DNA of 32,597 nt from Candidatus Nomurabacteria bacterium (GCA_943356525.1 CALRFG010000001.1:141919-174515), one strand, 5' to 3'. Positions 1-9,190 are shown, counted from the first letter of the stretch. Numbers and translations: made by a program. Notes: a model not told the origin generated them from the sequence alone.

Positions 1-1
1 A

Positions 2-124
2 AAGATAAACATTATAAACTCACCAGCTAAATCAGTTATGAGAAAAGGTAGACCTGGAACAATATCAGGGTTTAAGAAAGCTATTGTTACATTAAAAAAA
101 GGCGATAAAATAGACGTTATTTAA
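2..124 (+). CDS. rplW: 50S ribosomal protein uL23, 3' fragment (truncated by window edge)
   Basis: Frame 2 reads KINIINSPAKSVMRKGRPGTISGFKKAIVTLKKGDKIDVI*; KKAIVTL is the uL23 C-terminal motif and it lies directly upstream of rplB. Not in the ORF track. Confidence 0.93.
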   Translation, partial: KINIINSPAKSVMRKGRPGTISGFKKAIVTLKKGDKIDVI

Positions 125-167
125 TAAGATAATATAATATAAATAATAAAATTTTAATAATAAAAAT

Positions 168-1007
168 ATGAAAAGATTTAAACCAACAACAGATTCAAGA
201 AGACACATGGTCAATGTAACATACAAGGGTGTGTTAACTACAAATGAACCACATAAAGCACTGACTAGAGGTGTTAAGAGATCTGTTGGTAGAAATAACA
301 CAGGTCGTATAACAACAAGACATAAAGGAGGAGGTGCTAAAAGATTATATAGAGATATTGATTTCAAGTATGATAAGAAAAATATCCCTGCTAAAATAGT
401 TTCAGTAGAATATGATCCAAACAGAACAGCTTTTATCTCCCTTGCTCAATATGTTGACGGAGCAAAAACATATATAGTTACTCCAAAAGGTATAAAAGTA
501 GGTGATGAGTTTATTGTTTCTGAAAAAACAGAAGTAAAACTTGCAAACAGAATGATATTGAAAAATATACCAGTAGGAACAGCTATATACAACATAGAGC
601 TAAAACCACAAGGTGGAGGTAAAATAGCTCGTTCAGCAGGTAACTATGCCCAAGTAGTAGCACATGACGCTGGATATGCACTTATCAAGATGCCTTCAAG
701 TGAAGTACGTCGTATTATAGACACAGCTTGGGCCTCAATTGGCGAAGTATCAAACGATGAAAACCATTTACAAAACTTCGGTAAAGCAGGTAAAAGTAGA
801 TGGTTAGGTATCAGACCTACTGTACGAGGTACAGCCATGAACCCTGTAGATCACCCACATGGAGGTGGAGAAGGTAAACAAGGTCGTGGTAGAAGAAGAG
901 CTATATCTATATACGGTAAACCAACAGGTAAAGGTCAGAAATCAAGAACACCTAAGAAATACTCAAATAAGTTTATTGTATCACGCCGTAAGGTAGGTAA
1001 GAGATAA
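168..1007 (+). CDS. rplB: 50S ribosomal protein uL2
   Basis: GRNNTGRIT, EYDPNRTA and MNPVDHPHGGGEG motifs; S10 operon order. Confidence 0.99.
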   Translation: MKRFKPTTDSRRHMVNVTYKGVLTTNEPHKALTRGVKRSVGRNNTGRITTRHKGGGAKRLYRDIDFKYDKKNIPAKIVSVEYDPNRTAFISLAQYVDGAKTYIVTPKGIKVGDEFIVSEKTEVKLANRMILKNIPVGTAIYNIELKPQGGGKIARSAGNYAQVVAHDAGYALIKMPSSEVRRIIDTAWASIGEVSNDENHLQNFGKAGKSRWLGIRPTVRGTAMNPVDHPHGGGEGKQGRGRRRAISIYGKPTGKGQKSRTPKKYSNKFIVSRRKVGKR

Positions 1008-1063
1008 TCAAAACACATTACAAACATTGACTAATTACTAATTATTTGTTAAATTTATAACCC

Positions 1064-1408
1064 ATGACACGTTCAATATCAAAAGGCCCATACATAGAAG
1101 AAAGGCTACTTAAAAAAATAGCCGACAAAACTCCAGAGCAAGTGGGGGTTGTTAAAACTTGGTATAGAGACTGTGTTATTGCACCAGAGATGGTTGGATA
1201 TACTTTCGGAGTTCACAACGGTAAAAATCATATAGAAGTATTTGCTACAGAAGATATGGTTGGACACAAGCTTGGAGAATTTTCACCAACACGTAAATTT
1301 ACTCGTCACGGAGGTAAGATGCAGAAAGAGCAAGATGCAGCTAAGAAACAAGCTGAGATTACTGCTGCAAAAGCTGCAAAAGCTTCTCCAGCTGCTAAGA
1401 AAAAATAA
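1064..1408 (+). CDS. rpsS: 30S ribosomal protein uS19 with Ala/Lys-rich C-terminal tail
   Basis: RSISKGP and MVGHKLGEFSPTR motifs. Confidence 0.99.
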   Translation: MTRSISKGPYIEERLLKKIADKTPEQVGVVKTWYRDCVIAPEMVGYTFGVHNGKNHIEVFATEDMVGHKLGEFSPTRKFTRHGGKMQKEQDAAKKQAEITAAKAAKASPAAKKK

Positions 1409-1432
1409 TTAATTTAATATAAACATAACAAC

Positions 1433-1801
1433 ATGAAAGCCATATTAAAAAATTATAGACAATCACCAAGAAAAGTAAGACTAGTTACAGATCTTATTAA
1501 AGGTAAAAAAGTTTCAAATGCATTAGATACATTAAACTTTACAACTAAGAGAGCTGTTCCTGTTGTCAAAAAACTTCTAGAATCTGCTATAGCAAACGCT
1601 GTACATGCTGGTTTAGTTGCCGATACTTTGAAAATAAAAAATATAACTGTTGATGAAGGTGTTGTTCTAAAACGTATGATGCCTAGAGCTAGAGGTGTAG
1701 GTGCTCGTATTAACAAAAGAACATCTCATATTCATGTAACATTGAGTATTATAGAAGAAGATAAAAAAGCCAATAAATCAACAGTAAAAAAAACTAAATA
1801 A
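1433..1801 (+). CDS. rplV: 50S ribosomal protein uL22
   Basis: [19 protein letters not shown] and KRTSHI motifs. Confidence 0.99.
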   Translation: MKAILKNYRQSPRKVRLVTDLIKGKKVSNALDTLNFTTKRAVPVVKKLLESAIANAVHAGLVADTLKIKNITVDEGVVLKRMMPRARGVGARINKRTSHIHVTLSIIEEDKKANKSTVKKTK

Positions 1802-1807
1802 TAATAT

Positions 1808-2470
1808 ATGACAAAAATAGTTCACCCATACGCACATAGACTAGGAATAATAAAGGATTGGAAATCTCGTTGGTTTTCTATTAATGCTGATTTTAGATTG
1901 AATCTTAAAGGTGACATGTTGATGCGTGATTGGATTACAAAAAATCTTAAAAATCAATACATAGGTCTAGTTGAGATCGAAAGAAATTCTAAGGCTATAA
2001 AAGTTATTATAAACACATCAAGACCCGGTGTAGTTATAGGTAAAAGTGGTGAAGGTGTTATTAAGATCAAAAAATCATTGGAAAAAATCTTGTTGAAAAT
2101 TGGTGAAAAAAATCCAAATCTACAGATAGAAGTTGTTGAAATTAAAAACCCAGAAGGAAATGCATCTATAGTTTCTCAAATGATTGCTGAAGGTATAGAA
2201 AAACGTCTTCCTTACAGAAGAGTTCTTAAGCAAACTGTAGAGAAAGTGATGGCTGTTAAAGATATAAAAGGTATAAGAATATATCTAGGTGGACGTCTTG
2301 CAGGGGCTGATATGGCACGAAGTGAAGAGATAAAAAGAGGTAGAATTCCACTTCAAACAATAAGAGCTGATATAGATTATGCTCGTCATAAAGCACATAT
2401 GCCTTATGGAGACTTAGGTATAAAAGTTTGGATTTATAAAGGCGATATTTTTAATAAAGCACAAAAATAA
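1808..2470 (+). CDS. rpsC: 30S ribosomal protein uS3
   Basis: HPYAHRLG, RPGVVIG, GRLAGADMAR, PLQTIRADIDY and GIKVWI motifs. Confidence 0.99.
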   Translation: MTKIVHPYAHRLGIIKDWKSRWFSINADFRLNLKGDMLMRDWITKNLKNQYIGLVEIERNSKAIKVIINTSRPGVVIGKSGEGVIKIKKSLEKILLKIGEKNPNLQIEVVEIKNPEGNASIVSQMIAEGIEKRLPYRRVLKQTVEKVMAVKDIKGIRIYLGGRLAGADMARSEEIKRGRIPLQTIRADIDYARHKAHMPYGDLGIKVWIYKGDIFNKAQK

Positions 2471-2487
2471 TAAATAAATAGAAATAT

Positions 2488-2910
2488 ATGTTATTCCCAA
2501 AAAAAGTAAAACATCGAAAATGGCAAGTTACTCGACGCAACGCTAAAGTACTTGTTAAAAAAACAGAAACTAGAGGTATTACGTTATCTAACGGAGCATT
2601 TGGTATTGTTGCAGCATCACAAGCTCGTATTACTTCAAATCAGATTGAATCAGCAAGAAAGGTTATATCAAGAACACTTGGTAAAACAGGAAGAATCTGG
2701 ATCAGAATTTTTCCTGACAGACCTTTCACTAAGAAAGCTGCTGAAGTACCCATGGGTTCTGGAAAAGGAGAGCCAGAAGGTTTTTGTTTTGAAACATATG
2801 CAGGTCGTGTACTGTTTGAGGTAGACGGAACAACAGAAGTCTTGGCTAAGGAAGCATTCAGAAAAGCAAACTCTAAATTACCTGTTAAAACTAGAATGAT
2901 AACTAGATAA
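2488..2910 (+). CDS. rplP: 50S ribosomal protein uL16
   Basis: MLFPKKVKHRK, WIRIFPD and MGSGKG motifs. Confidence 0.99.
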   Translation: MLFPKKVKHRKWQVTRRNAKVLVKKTETRGITLSNGAFGIVAASQARITSNQIESARKVISRTLGKTGRIWIRIFPDRPFTKKAAEVPMGSGKGEPEGFCFETYAGRVLFEVDGTTEVLAKEAFRKANSKLPVKTRMITR

Positions 2911-2932
2911 ATTTTAAAATAATAAAAAATAT

Positions 2933-3184
2933 ATGACAAAAGATATAACAATTAAAAGTAAAAAAAGAGTCTTAACAGGGGTGGTAACATCAGACAAGAT
3001 GACTGATACTATTACTGTAAAAGTAGATAGATATGTAAAACTACCTAAATATAATAAATATGTAACTATCTCAAAGAAGTTTAAGGCACATGATGCTGGA
3101 AACACTGCAAAGATAGGTGATAAAGTATCTATTATAGAATCAGCACCAATATCAAAAGATAAACATTTTACATTAGTTAAATAA
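2933..3184 (+). CDS. rpsQ: 30S ribosomal protein uS17
   Basis: GVVTSDKM, KFKAHD and GDKVSIIESAPISK motifs. Confidence 0.99.
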   Translation: MTKDITIKSKKRVLTGVVTSDKMTDTITVKVDRYVKLPKYNKYVTISKKFKAHDAGNTAKIGDKVSIIESAPISKDKHFTLVK

Positions 3185-3199
3185 AATAAATATAAATAT

Positions 3200-3571
3200 A
3201 TGATACAACCAGGATCAATAGTAGCAATAGCAGATAACTCAGGAGGTAAAATAGGCCGAGTTTTCAAAGTATTAGGGCATGCAGCAAAAAGATATGCATA
3301 CTTGGGTGATACTGTTATTTTGTCTATACAAAAAGCGGAACCTAGAAAACAAACAAAAAAGAAAGATGTACATAAGGCTGTGGTTGTTCGTGCCAGACAA
3401 GCTTTTAGAAGAAAAGATGGATCTTATGTAAGATTTGATGAGAATGCGGTCGTACTTATTGATAAAGTAAAAGGTGAACCATTGGGAGGACGTATATTCG
3501 GTCCGATACCAAGAGAGATACAAGAAAGAGGTTATCAAACAATAGTATCAAAAGCCCCAGAAATAGTATAG
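3200..3571 (+). CDS. rplN: 50S ribosomal protein uL14
   Basis: MIQ...ADNSG, RFDENAVV, RIFGP and terminal APEIV. Confidence 0.99.
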   Translation: MIQPGSIVAIADNSGGKIGRVFKVLGHAAKRYAYLGDTVILSIQKAEPRKQTKKKDVHKAVVVRARQAFRRKDGSYVRFDENAVVLIDKVKGEPLGGRIFGPIPREIQERGYQTIVSKAPEIV

Positions 3572-3594
3572 ATAAAACACATAATAAAAAATAT

Positions 3595-3810
3595 ATGATA
3601 AAAAAAGGACAAAAAGTAAAAATTTTAATAGGAAGTGATAAAAATAAAACAGGTAATGTTTTAAAAGTTCTTGTTAAAGATCAAAAAGTGTTAGTTGAAG
3701 GTATTAATATGAAGAAAAAACATATTAAAGCCAAATCAGCTGATAAGAAAGGTGAAGTTGTATCAGTTGCAACTCCTATTCATATATCAAACGTAGTAGA
3801 AGTTAAATAA
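3595..3810 (+). CDS. rplX: 50S ribosomal protein uL24 (short, 71 aa)
   Basis: KOW motif IKKGQKVKILIGSDK, VEGIN and PIHISNV; position between rplN and rplE. Confidence 0.97.
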   Translation: MIKKGQKVKILIGSDKNKTGNVLKVLVKDQKVLVEGINMKKKHIKAKSADKKGEVVSVATPIHISNVVEVK

Positions 3811-3828
3811 TATAATAATCATAAAAAT

Positions 3829-4368
3829 ATGGCTCATAAAACAGTAAAAGAAAAAGTAAAAACAACATTTGACACTTTAAAGGGTGATTTCAAATACAAA
3901 AATAAATTACAAGCTCCTCGTATAACAAGGGTGGTTGTTACTACAACTATTGGTTCTATAAAAGATCCAAAAAAGAAAGAGTTGATGTTGGATAGACTTA
4001 CTAAAATAACAGGACAAAAACCTGTTACAACTCTAGCTAAAAAATCAGTAGCTGGATTTAAACTACGTGCTGGAGACTCATCAGGGTATAAAATAACATT
4101 AAGAGGTGATAGAATGTGGTCATTTCTAGACAAAGTTGTAAACATAGCGCTTCCTCGTACAAAAGACTTTAGAGGTATTTCTGTAACAGGTATAGACTCT
4201 ATGGGAAATTTTTCTTTCGGAATAAAAGAGCATACTGTTTTTCCAGAAACCACAGATGAAAATATACAAGATGTGTTTAGTTTTGGTGCAACAATTGTTA
4301 CAACAAGTAAAACAAAAGAGGAAACAAAAGCATTGCTTGATTCAATAGGTTTCTTATTTAAAAAATAA
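3829..4368 (+). CDS. rplE: 50S ribosomal protein uL5
   Basis: ITGQKP, AKKSVAGFKLR, LPRTKDFRG and EHTVFPE motifs. Confidence 0.99.
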   Translation: MAHKTVKEKVKTTFDTLKGDFKYKNKLQAPRITRVVVTTTIGSIKDPKKKELMLDRLTKITGQKPVTTLAKKSVAGFKLRAGDSSGYKITLRGDRMWSFLDKVVNIALPRTKDFRGISVTGIDSMGNFSFGIKEHTVFPETTDENIQDVFSFGATIVTTSKTKEETKALLDSIGFLFKK

Positions 4369-4398
4369 TTTTAAAATATATAAAGATAAAATAATAAT

Positions 4399-4584
4399 AT
4401 GGCAAAAAAATCAGTAATACAAAGAGCATTAAAGACACCAAAGTTTAAAAGTAGAGTAGTTAGACGATGTTTTATGTGTGGAAGAAAGAGAGGTTATATG
4501 AGAGATTTCGATATGTGCCGTATCTGTTTTAGAGAGGCTGCGAACGAAGGACTTATTCCAGGTATTAAAAAATCATCATGGTAA
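4399..4584 (+). CDS. rpsN: 30S ribosomal protein uS14, zinc-binding (type Z) form
   Basis: 61 aa; CxxC (CFMC) and CxxC (CRIC); terminal PGIKKSSW. Confidence 0.98.
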   Translation: MAKKSVIQRALKTPKFKSRVVRRCFMCGRKRGYMRDFDMCRICFREAANEGLIPGIKKSSW

Positions 4585-4619
4585 AAGGAAAAATAATAAC
4601 AAGTAAATAATATAAATAT

Positions 4620-5012
4620 ATGAATCACGGAATATCACAAATAATAAATAACTTAAAGACTGCGAACATTGCGGGTAAAGATAAAACAACTTTAGGTTTC
4701 TCAAAATTTAGAAAATCAATATTGGATAAGCTATCTGATCTAGGTTTTATAGGTGTTATCAAAGTTACAGGTACAGCACCAATACAGTATATAGAAGTTG
4801 GTTTATTATATGACGCTGAAAACAAACCTAAGATAGCTGGAGTACAACAACTCTCAAAATATTCTAGAAGAGTTTACGGTTCATACCGAGAAGCTCATCA
4901 AGTTAAAAATGGATACGGAGCATTGCTAGTATCAACTCCAAAAGGTGTACTTACTGATAGAGAAGTAAGAGCTCAAAAGATAGGTGGAGAGTTTTTATTC
5001 AAGATCTGGTAA
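4620..5012 (+). CDS. rpsH: 30S ribosomal protein uS8 (divergent N-terminus)
   Basis: SKYSRRVY, GALLVSTPKGVLTD and GGE..W; operon position. Confidence 0.97.
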   Translation: MNHGISQIINNLKTANIAGKDKTTLGFSKFRKSILDKLSDLGFIGVIKVTGTAPIQYIEVGLLYDAENKPKIAGVQQLSKYSRRVYGSYREAHQVKNGYGALLVSTPKGVLTDREVRAQKIGGEFLFKIW

Positions 5013-5136
5013 TCAGTCAAAAAACATCAAAATTTAATTTCAAAATTTGGGTAAGGGACACCCTGCGTAAGCTAAAGATCTTCCACTTTATAAGTTATAA
5101 ACTGCAAAAGTAGTTAAAGCAAAAAAATAAAAATAT

Positions 5137-5670
5137 ATGTCAAGAATCGGAAAACAAATAACAACAATACCAACAGGAACAACTGTCACATTTACAGACG
5201 GTGTTTTGAAAGTTGTAGGACCTAAAGGTGAATTAACAAAGAAATTTCTACCAGTTGTAGAAGTTACTGTTGAAGGTTCTGAAATATCATTCAAACCAAA
5301 ACAAAACGATGCTTTCGGAAGATCATTGTGGGGAACATATTCATCACATGCTAAAAATATGATAGCTGGTGTAAATACTCCATATGTAAAAAAATTGATA
5401 CTAGAAGGAGTTGGGTATAAAGGAGAGGTGCAGGGAACTACTTTAAAATTAGCTCTAGGATTTTCTCATCCTGTTAACGTTGAGATACCTTCAGATGTAA
5501 CTGTGCTTATAGAAAAAGGAACATTTACTTTCACAAGTATAGATAAAGAGTCAGTAGGTAGTTTTTCAGCCAAAGTTAGATCACTTAAAAAACCAGAACC
5601 ATATAAAGGTAAAGGATTTAGATATGATGATGAAATTATTAAGAGAAAACAAGGTAAAAAAGCCGCTTAG
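5137..5670 (+). CDS. rplF: 50S ribosomal protein uL6
   Basis: MSRIGK, GPKGEL, LGFSHP and PEPYKGKG motifs. Confidence 0.99.
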   Translation: MSRIGKQITTIPTGTTVTFTDGVLKVVGPKGELTKKFLPVVEVTVEGSEISFKPKQNDAFGRSLWGTYSSHAKNMIAGVNTPYVKKLILEGVGYKGEVQGTTLKLALGFSHPVNVEIPSDVTVLIEKGTFTFTSIDKESVGSFSAKVRSLKKPEPYKGKGFRYDDEIIKRKQGKKAA

Positions 5671-5698
5671 TTAAATAAATAAAAGTAATAATAAATAT

Positions 5699-6040
5699 AT
5701 GAAAAGAATAATTTTATCAAACAGAGACAGAATAAAAAATAGAATCAGAGCTAAAGTGATTGGTTCACAAGAGCGACCTAGATTAACGGTGTTTAAATCT
5801 AATAAATTTACTTATGCTCAAATCATAGATGATAATCAAGGTAAAACATTAGTTGAGGCAAATAGTTCTGAAATGAAAGCTAAAAAAATGGATGCTGCTA
5901 TGGAAGTTGGTAAGGCAGTAGCCACAAAAGCTAAAACTGCAGGTATAACAAAAGTAGTTTTTGATAGAAATGGTTACAAATACACAGGTCGAATATTAGC
6001 ATTAGCCGAAGCTGCTCGTAAAGCCGGATTAGAATTTTAA
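5699..6040 (+). CDS. rplR: 50S ribosomal protein uL18
   Basis: RPRLTVFKSN, AQIIDD, VVFDRNGYKYTGR and terminal GLEF. Confidence 0.99.
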   Translation: MKRIILSNRDRIKNRIRAKVIGSQERPRLTVFKSNKFTYAQIIDDNQGKTLVEANSSEMKAKKMDAAMEVGKAVATKAKTAGITKVVFDRNGYKYTGRILALAEAARKAGLEF

Positions 6041-6064
6041 TCAATATAAATATATAATAAAATT

Positions 6065-6838
6065 ATGACAGACGATAACAATACAAACGATATAATAAAT
6101 ACAACAGACGAATCTACTGAAGATACTACTACTCCAGCAACAGACACCTTAGTGGTTGCTGATGCTATAGCTCAGGAGATAGAGGCCGCTGTTGAATCAG
6201 CTCCAGAACCTGAAGTAGACCCAACACCAGTTGTTGATGAAGCAAATATCGCTCCTGCTCCAACAGTTTCATCTACTGCTAACGCTCCTGCTTCAAGAAC
6301 TTTTACTAAAAATGAAAGACCTCCCCGAGGTGGTCCAAGACGTGGAGGTGATAATAGAGGTCCAAAAAGAGAAGCTAAGCCAAAGCCAGAATTTGATCAA
6401 AAGATAGTGTCAATCAGAAGAGTAACCCGTGTTACTTCAGGAGGAAGAAAATTTTCTTTCGCGGTTGCAGTTATCGCAGGTGATAGAAAAGGTAGAATTG
6501 GTTTTGGAACTGGAAAAGGTTTAGATACTGCCATGGCAGTTGATAAAGCTTATAAAAAAGCTAAAGCAAATATGATAAGACTTCCTCTTACAAAAACTGG
6601 AACTATTCCTCATGACGTATCAGCTAAGTATTCTTCATCTCAAGTTGAGCTTAGACCTGCACCGGGTAAGGGTATAGTTGCAGGATCATCAGTTCGTGAT
6701 GTTATAGAGATAGCGGGTATACGTGATGTTATAGGTAAATTGAGATCTGGTACAAAGAACCCTATGAACAATGCGAAAGTAGTTATAAAAGCATTGTCAA
6801 CATTGTCTGCAAGTAAAAAAGTTAAACACACAAAATAA
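6065..6838 (+). CDS. rpsE: 30S ribosomal protein uS5 with ~105-aa low-complexity N-terminal extension
   Basis: Core RVTRVTSGGRKFSF, GRIGFGTGK and PAPGKGIVAG motifs; acidic/Pro/Thr-rich then RGG-rich leader. Confidence 0.98.
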   Translation: MTDDNNTNDIINTTDESTEDTTTPATDTLVVADAIAQEIEAAVESAPEPEVDPTPVVDEANIAPAPTVSSTANAPASRTFTKNERPPRGGPRRGGDNRGPKREAKPKPEFDQKIVSIRRVTRVTSGGRKFSFAVAVIAGDRKGRIGFGTGKGLDTAMAVDKAYKKAKANMIRLPLTKTGTIPHDVSAKYSSSQVELRPAPGKGIVAGSSVRDVIEIAGIRDVIGKLRSGTKNPMNNAKVVIKALSTLSASKKVKHTK

Positions 6839-6870
6839 TCAAATAATTTTGGTATAATAAAAATAAATAT

Positions 6871-7314
6871 ATGCAATTACATACATTAAAAAGAAAAACA
6901 CAAAGACAGACTAAACAACAAGTTGGTCGTGGAAGCAAAAGAGGTAAAACATCAGGACGTGGACAAAAAGGTCAAACATCACGTGCTGGTCGTAAACTAC
7001 GTCCAGAGATTAGAGAGATCATTAAAAAGATCCCAAAACTAAGAGGTCGTGGTAAAAATATCAATAAATCTTTCGAAATAAAACCTGTGGCATTAAACGT
7101 TTCAGTTTTTGCAGAGATAGAAAATGGTACTGTTTTGACACCACAAAAACTTGTAGATTTAAAATTGGTTAAATTGTTGAAAGGTAAAGTTCCTAAAGTT
7201 AAAATTTTAGCTAATGGTGAAATTACAAATGCATTAACATTTAAAAAATTCACAATCTCAAAAGCTGCAATCGAGAAAATCGAGAAAGCTGGAGGCAAAG
7301 TATATGTTAAATAA
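6871..7314 (+). CDS. rplO: 50S ribosomal protein uL15
   Basis: GRG...GKTSGRGQKGQTSRAG, KIPKLRG and KIEKAGG motifs. Confidence 0.99.
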   Translation: MQLHTLKRKTQRQTKQQVGRGSKRGKTSGRGQKGQTSRAGRKLRPEIREIIKKIPKLRGRGKNINKSFEIKPVALNVSVFAEIENGTVLTPQKLVDLKLVKLLKGKVPKVKILANGEITNALTFKKFTISKAAIEKIEKAGGKVYVK

Positions 7315-8581
7315 AATAAAATCAATATTTTCAGATAAATTAATTAGAAATAGAATATTATTCGTTCTAGCAATTTTGGTTATTTTTAGGGCTTTATCAA
7401 CGATTCCAGTTCCTGGAGTAAATGTAGATGCTATAAAAGCTCTAGTTGACGGCAATAGTTTTTTCCAAGTTCTTAACCTGTTTTCAGGTGGAGGACTTTC
7501 TGCTTTGTCTATACTTATGTTGGGTGTTGGTCCATACATCACAGCATCTATCGTTATACAGCTTTTGACTATGGTTTTTCCTCGTATGAAAGAGTTGCAG
7601 CAAGAAGAAGGTGCGGAAGGTAGAAAAAAACTTTCTCAATATTCAAGACTTTTAAGTGTGCCTATAGCTTTCATGCAAACTTTTGGAATTGTAGCTTTGA
7701 TCACAAGACAGTCACCTGAAGTTTTTGGTGGATTGACAACTTTCGGTTTTGCTCAAATAGCTATCATTGTGGTTGCTTCGTCTATATTCCTTATGTGGAT
7801 TGGGGAGAGACTTACTGAGTTTGGTATAGGAAATGGTATATCTATTATCATTACTGTGGGTATAATAGCAGCACTACCTCAAACTGTTTCAAGGATATAC
7901 TCAACTTATGATTCAACCCAATTACCGCTATTTGTCGGTATGGGTTTACTCCTGATCTCTATCATAGCCCTTATTATATGTATTACGGAAGCTGAAAGAC
8001 CTATAGAGGTTAACTATGCCAGACAAGCTAGATCTCTTGCGACACAAGGTGCCTCAGGTTCTCATAAAACATATTTACCTATAAAACTTAATCAAGCTGG
8101 TGTTATGCCTATAATATTTGCTATAACTATTTTGATGTTTCCGTCATTTTTGGGTAATATAATGATATTATCTTCAAACGATATAATACAAAACATAGGA
8201 CGTTTTATAAGTATATGGTCACAAAATCCATGGGCCTATGGAATAGTTTATTTCCTACTAGTATTCCTGTTTACTTACTTCTATACAGCTGTAACTTTTG
8301 ACCCAAAGCAGATGTCAGAAAATCTACAAAAGCAAGGAGCATTCGTTTCAGGTATCAGGCCGGGAGATTCAACAATGGACTACTTGTCTCGTATAGTTAC
8401 AAGAACAACTTTTATTGGAGCAACTTTTTTGGCATGTATAGCAGTCTTGCCAAACGTTGTTCAAGGATTCACTGGTATAGCTTCTATCAGTATCGGTGGT
8501 ACTGGTATACTTATTGTTATCTCAACTCTTATAGATGTTATAAAGAAAATAAATGCTCAGTTAAGTATGAGAGAATATTAA
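7304..8581 (+). CDS. secY: Preprotein translocase subunit SecY
   Basis: IPVPG, LGVGPYITASIVIQLL, GIGNGIS, AGVMPIIFA and GIRPG motifs; overlaps rplO by 11 nt. Confidence 0.99.
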   Translation: MLNKIKSIFSDKLIRNRILFVLAILVIFRALSTIPVPGVNVDAIKALVDGNSFFQVLNLFSGGGLSALSILMLGVGPYITASIVIQLLTMVFPRMKELQQEEGAEGRKKLSQYSRLLSVPIAFMQTFGIVALITRQSPEVFGGLTTFGFAQIAIIVVASSIFLMWIGERLTEFGIGNGISIIITVGIIAALPQTVSRIYSTYDSTQLPLFVGMGLLLISIIALIICITEAERPIEVNYARQARSLATQGASGSHKTYLPIKLNQAGVMPIIFAITILMFPSFLGNIMILSSNDIIQNIGRFISIWSQNPWAYGIVYFLLVFLFTYFYTAVTFDPKQMSENLQKQGAFVSGIRPGDSTMDYLSRIVTRTTFIGATFLACIAVLPNVVQGFTGIASISIGGTGILIVISTLIDVIKKINAQLSMREY

Positions 8582-8605
8582 TCAGCAATACTGTATAATA
8601 TTTGT

Positions 8606-9190
8606 ATGAATCAAACATCCGTTATATTTATAGGAAGATCAGGTTGTGGTAAAGGTACTCAATCTGGTCTTTTAATTGATTATTTTAAAACTGAAAATAA
8701 AGAAACGTTATATCTAAGTACTGGAAATGAGTTCAGGAAATTGATTGCGGAAGATAATAATTTTACATCAAAAAAAGTTGATACAATATATAAAGAAGGA
8801 GGGCGAAATCCAGATTTTCTATGTATTACTATTACTGGAAATTATTTTAAAAATAATTTCGATCCAGCAAAAAATTTAATAATGGATGGAGGAATTAGAT
8901 CATTAAATGAAGCAGAAACAGTATCAGACATCCTTAATTTTTATGAGATAAATAATACTCATGTTTTTTACCTAGGTGTAAGTCATGAATGGTCAGTTGA
9001 TAAAATGAAAAACCGTCATCGAACAGATGACAGTACAGATATATTTGAAGTAAAGAAAAAATGGTTTGAAGAAGAGGTTATTCCAGCTATAAACTATCTT
9101 GAAACAAATACTCAATTCAAATTCCATAAAATAAATGGAGAACAAACTATAGAAAAAATTCATTCGGATATAATTTCATGTCTAAAATAA
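8606..9190 (+). CDS. adk: Adenylate kinase family NMP kinase (short form, no long LID)
   Basis: P-loop GRSGCGKGTQ, LSTG..FR, DGGIR and R.DD; canonical secY-adk-map position. Confidence 0.88.
   Translation: MNQTSVIFIGRSGCGKGTQSGLLIDYFKTENKETLYLSTGNEFRKLIAEDNNFTSKKVDTIYKEGGRNPDFLCITITGNYFKNNFDPAKNLIMDGGIRSLNEAETVSDILNFYEINNTHVFYLGVSHEWSVDKMKNRHRTDDSTDIFEVKKKWFEEEVIPAINYLETNTQFKFHKINGEQTIEKIHSDIISCLK

Noticed and set aside
92-7542. Many minus-strand and alternate-frame ORFs over the ribosomal protein genes (e.g. 92-367, 2552-2824, 2914-3267, 3834-4253, 6972-7325)
   Set aside because: Shadow ORFs overlapping well-conserved genes, with no recognisable motifs.
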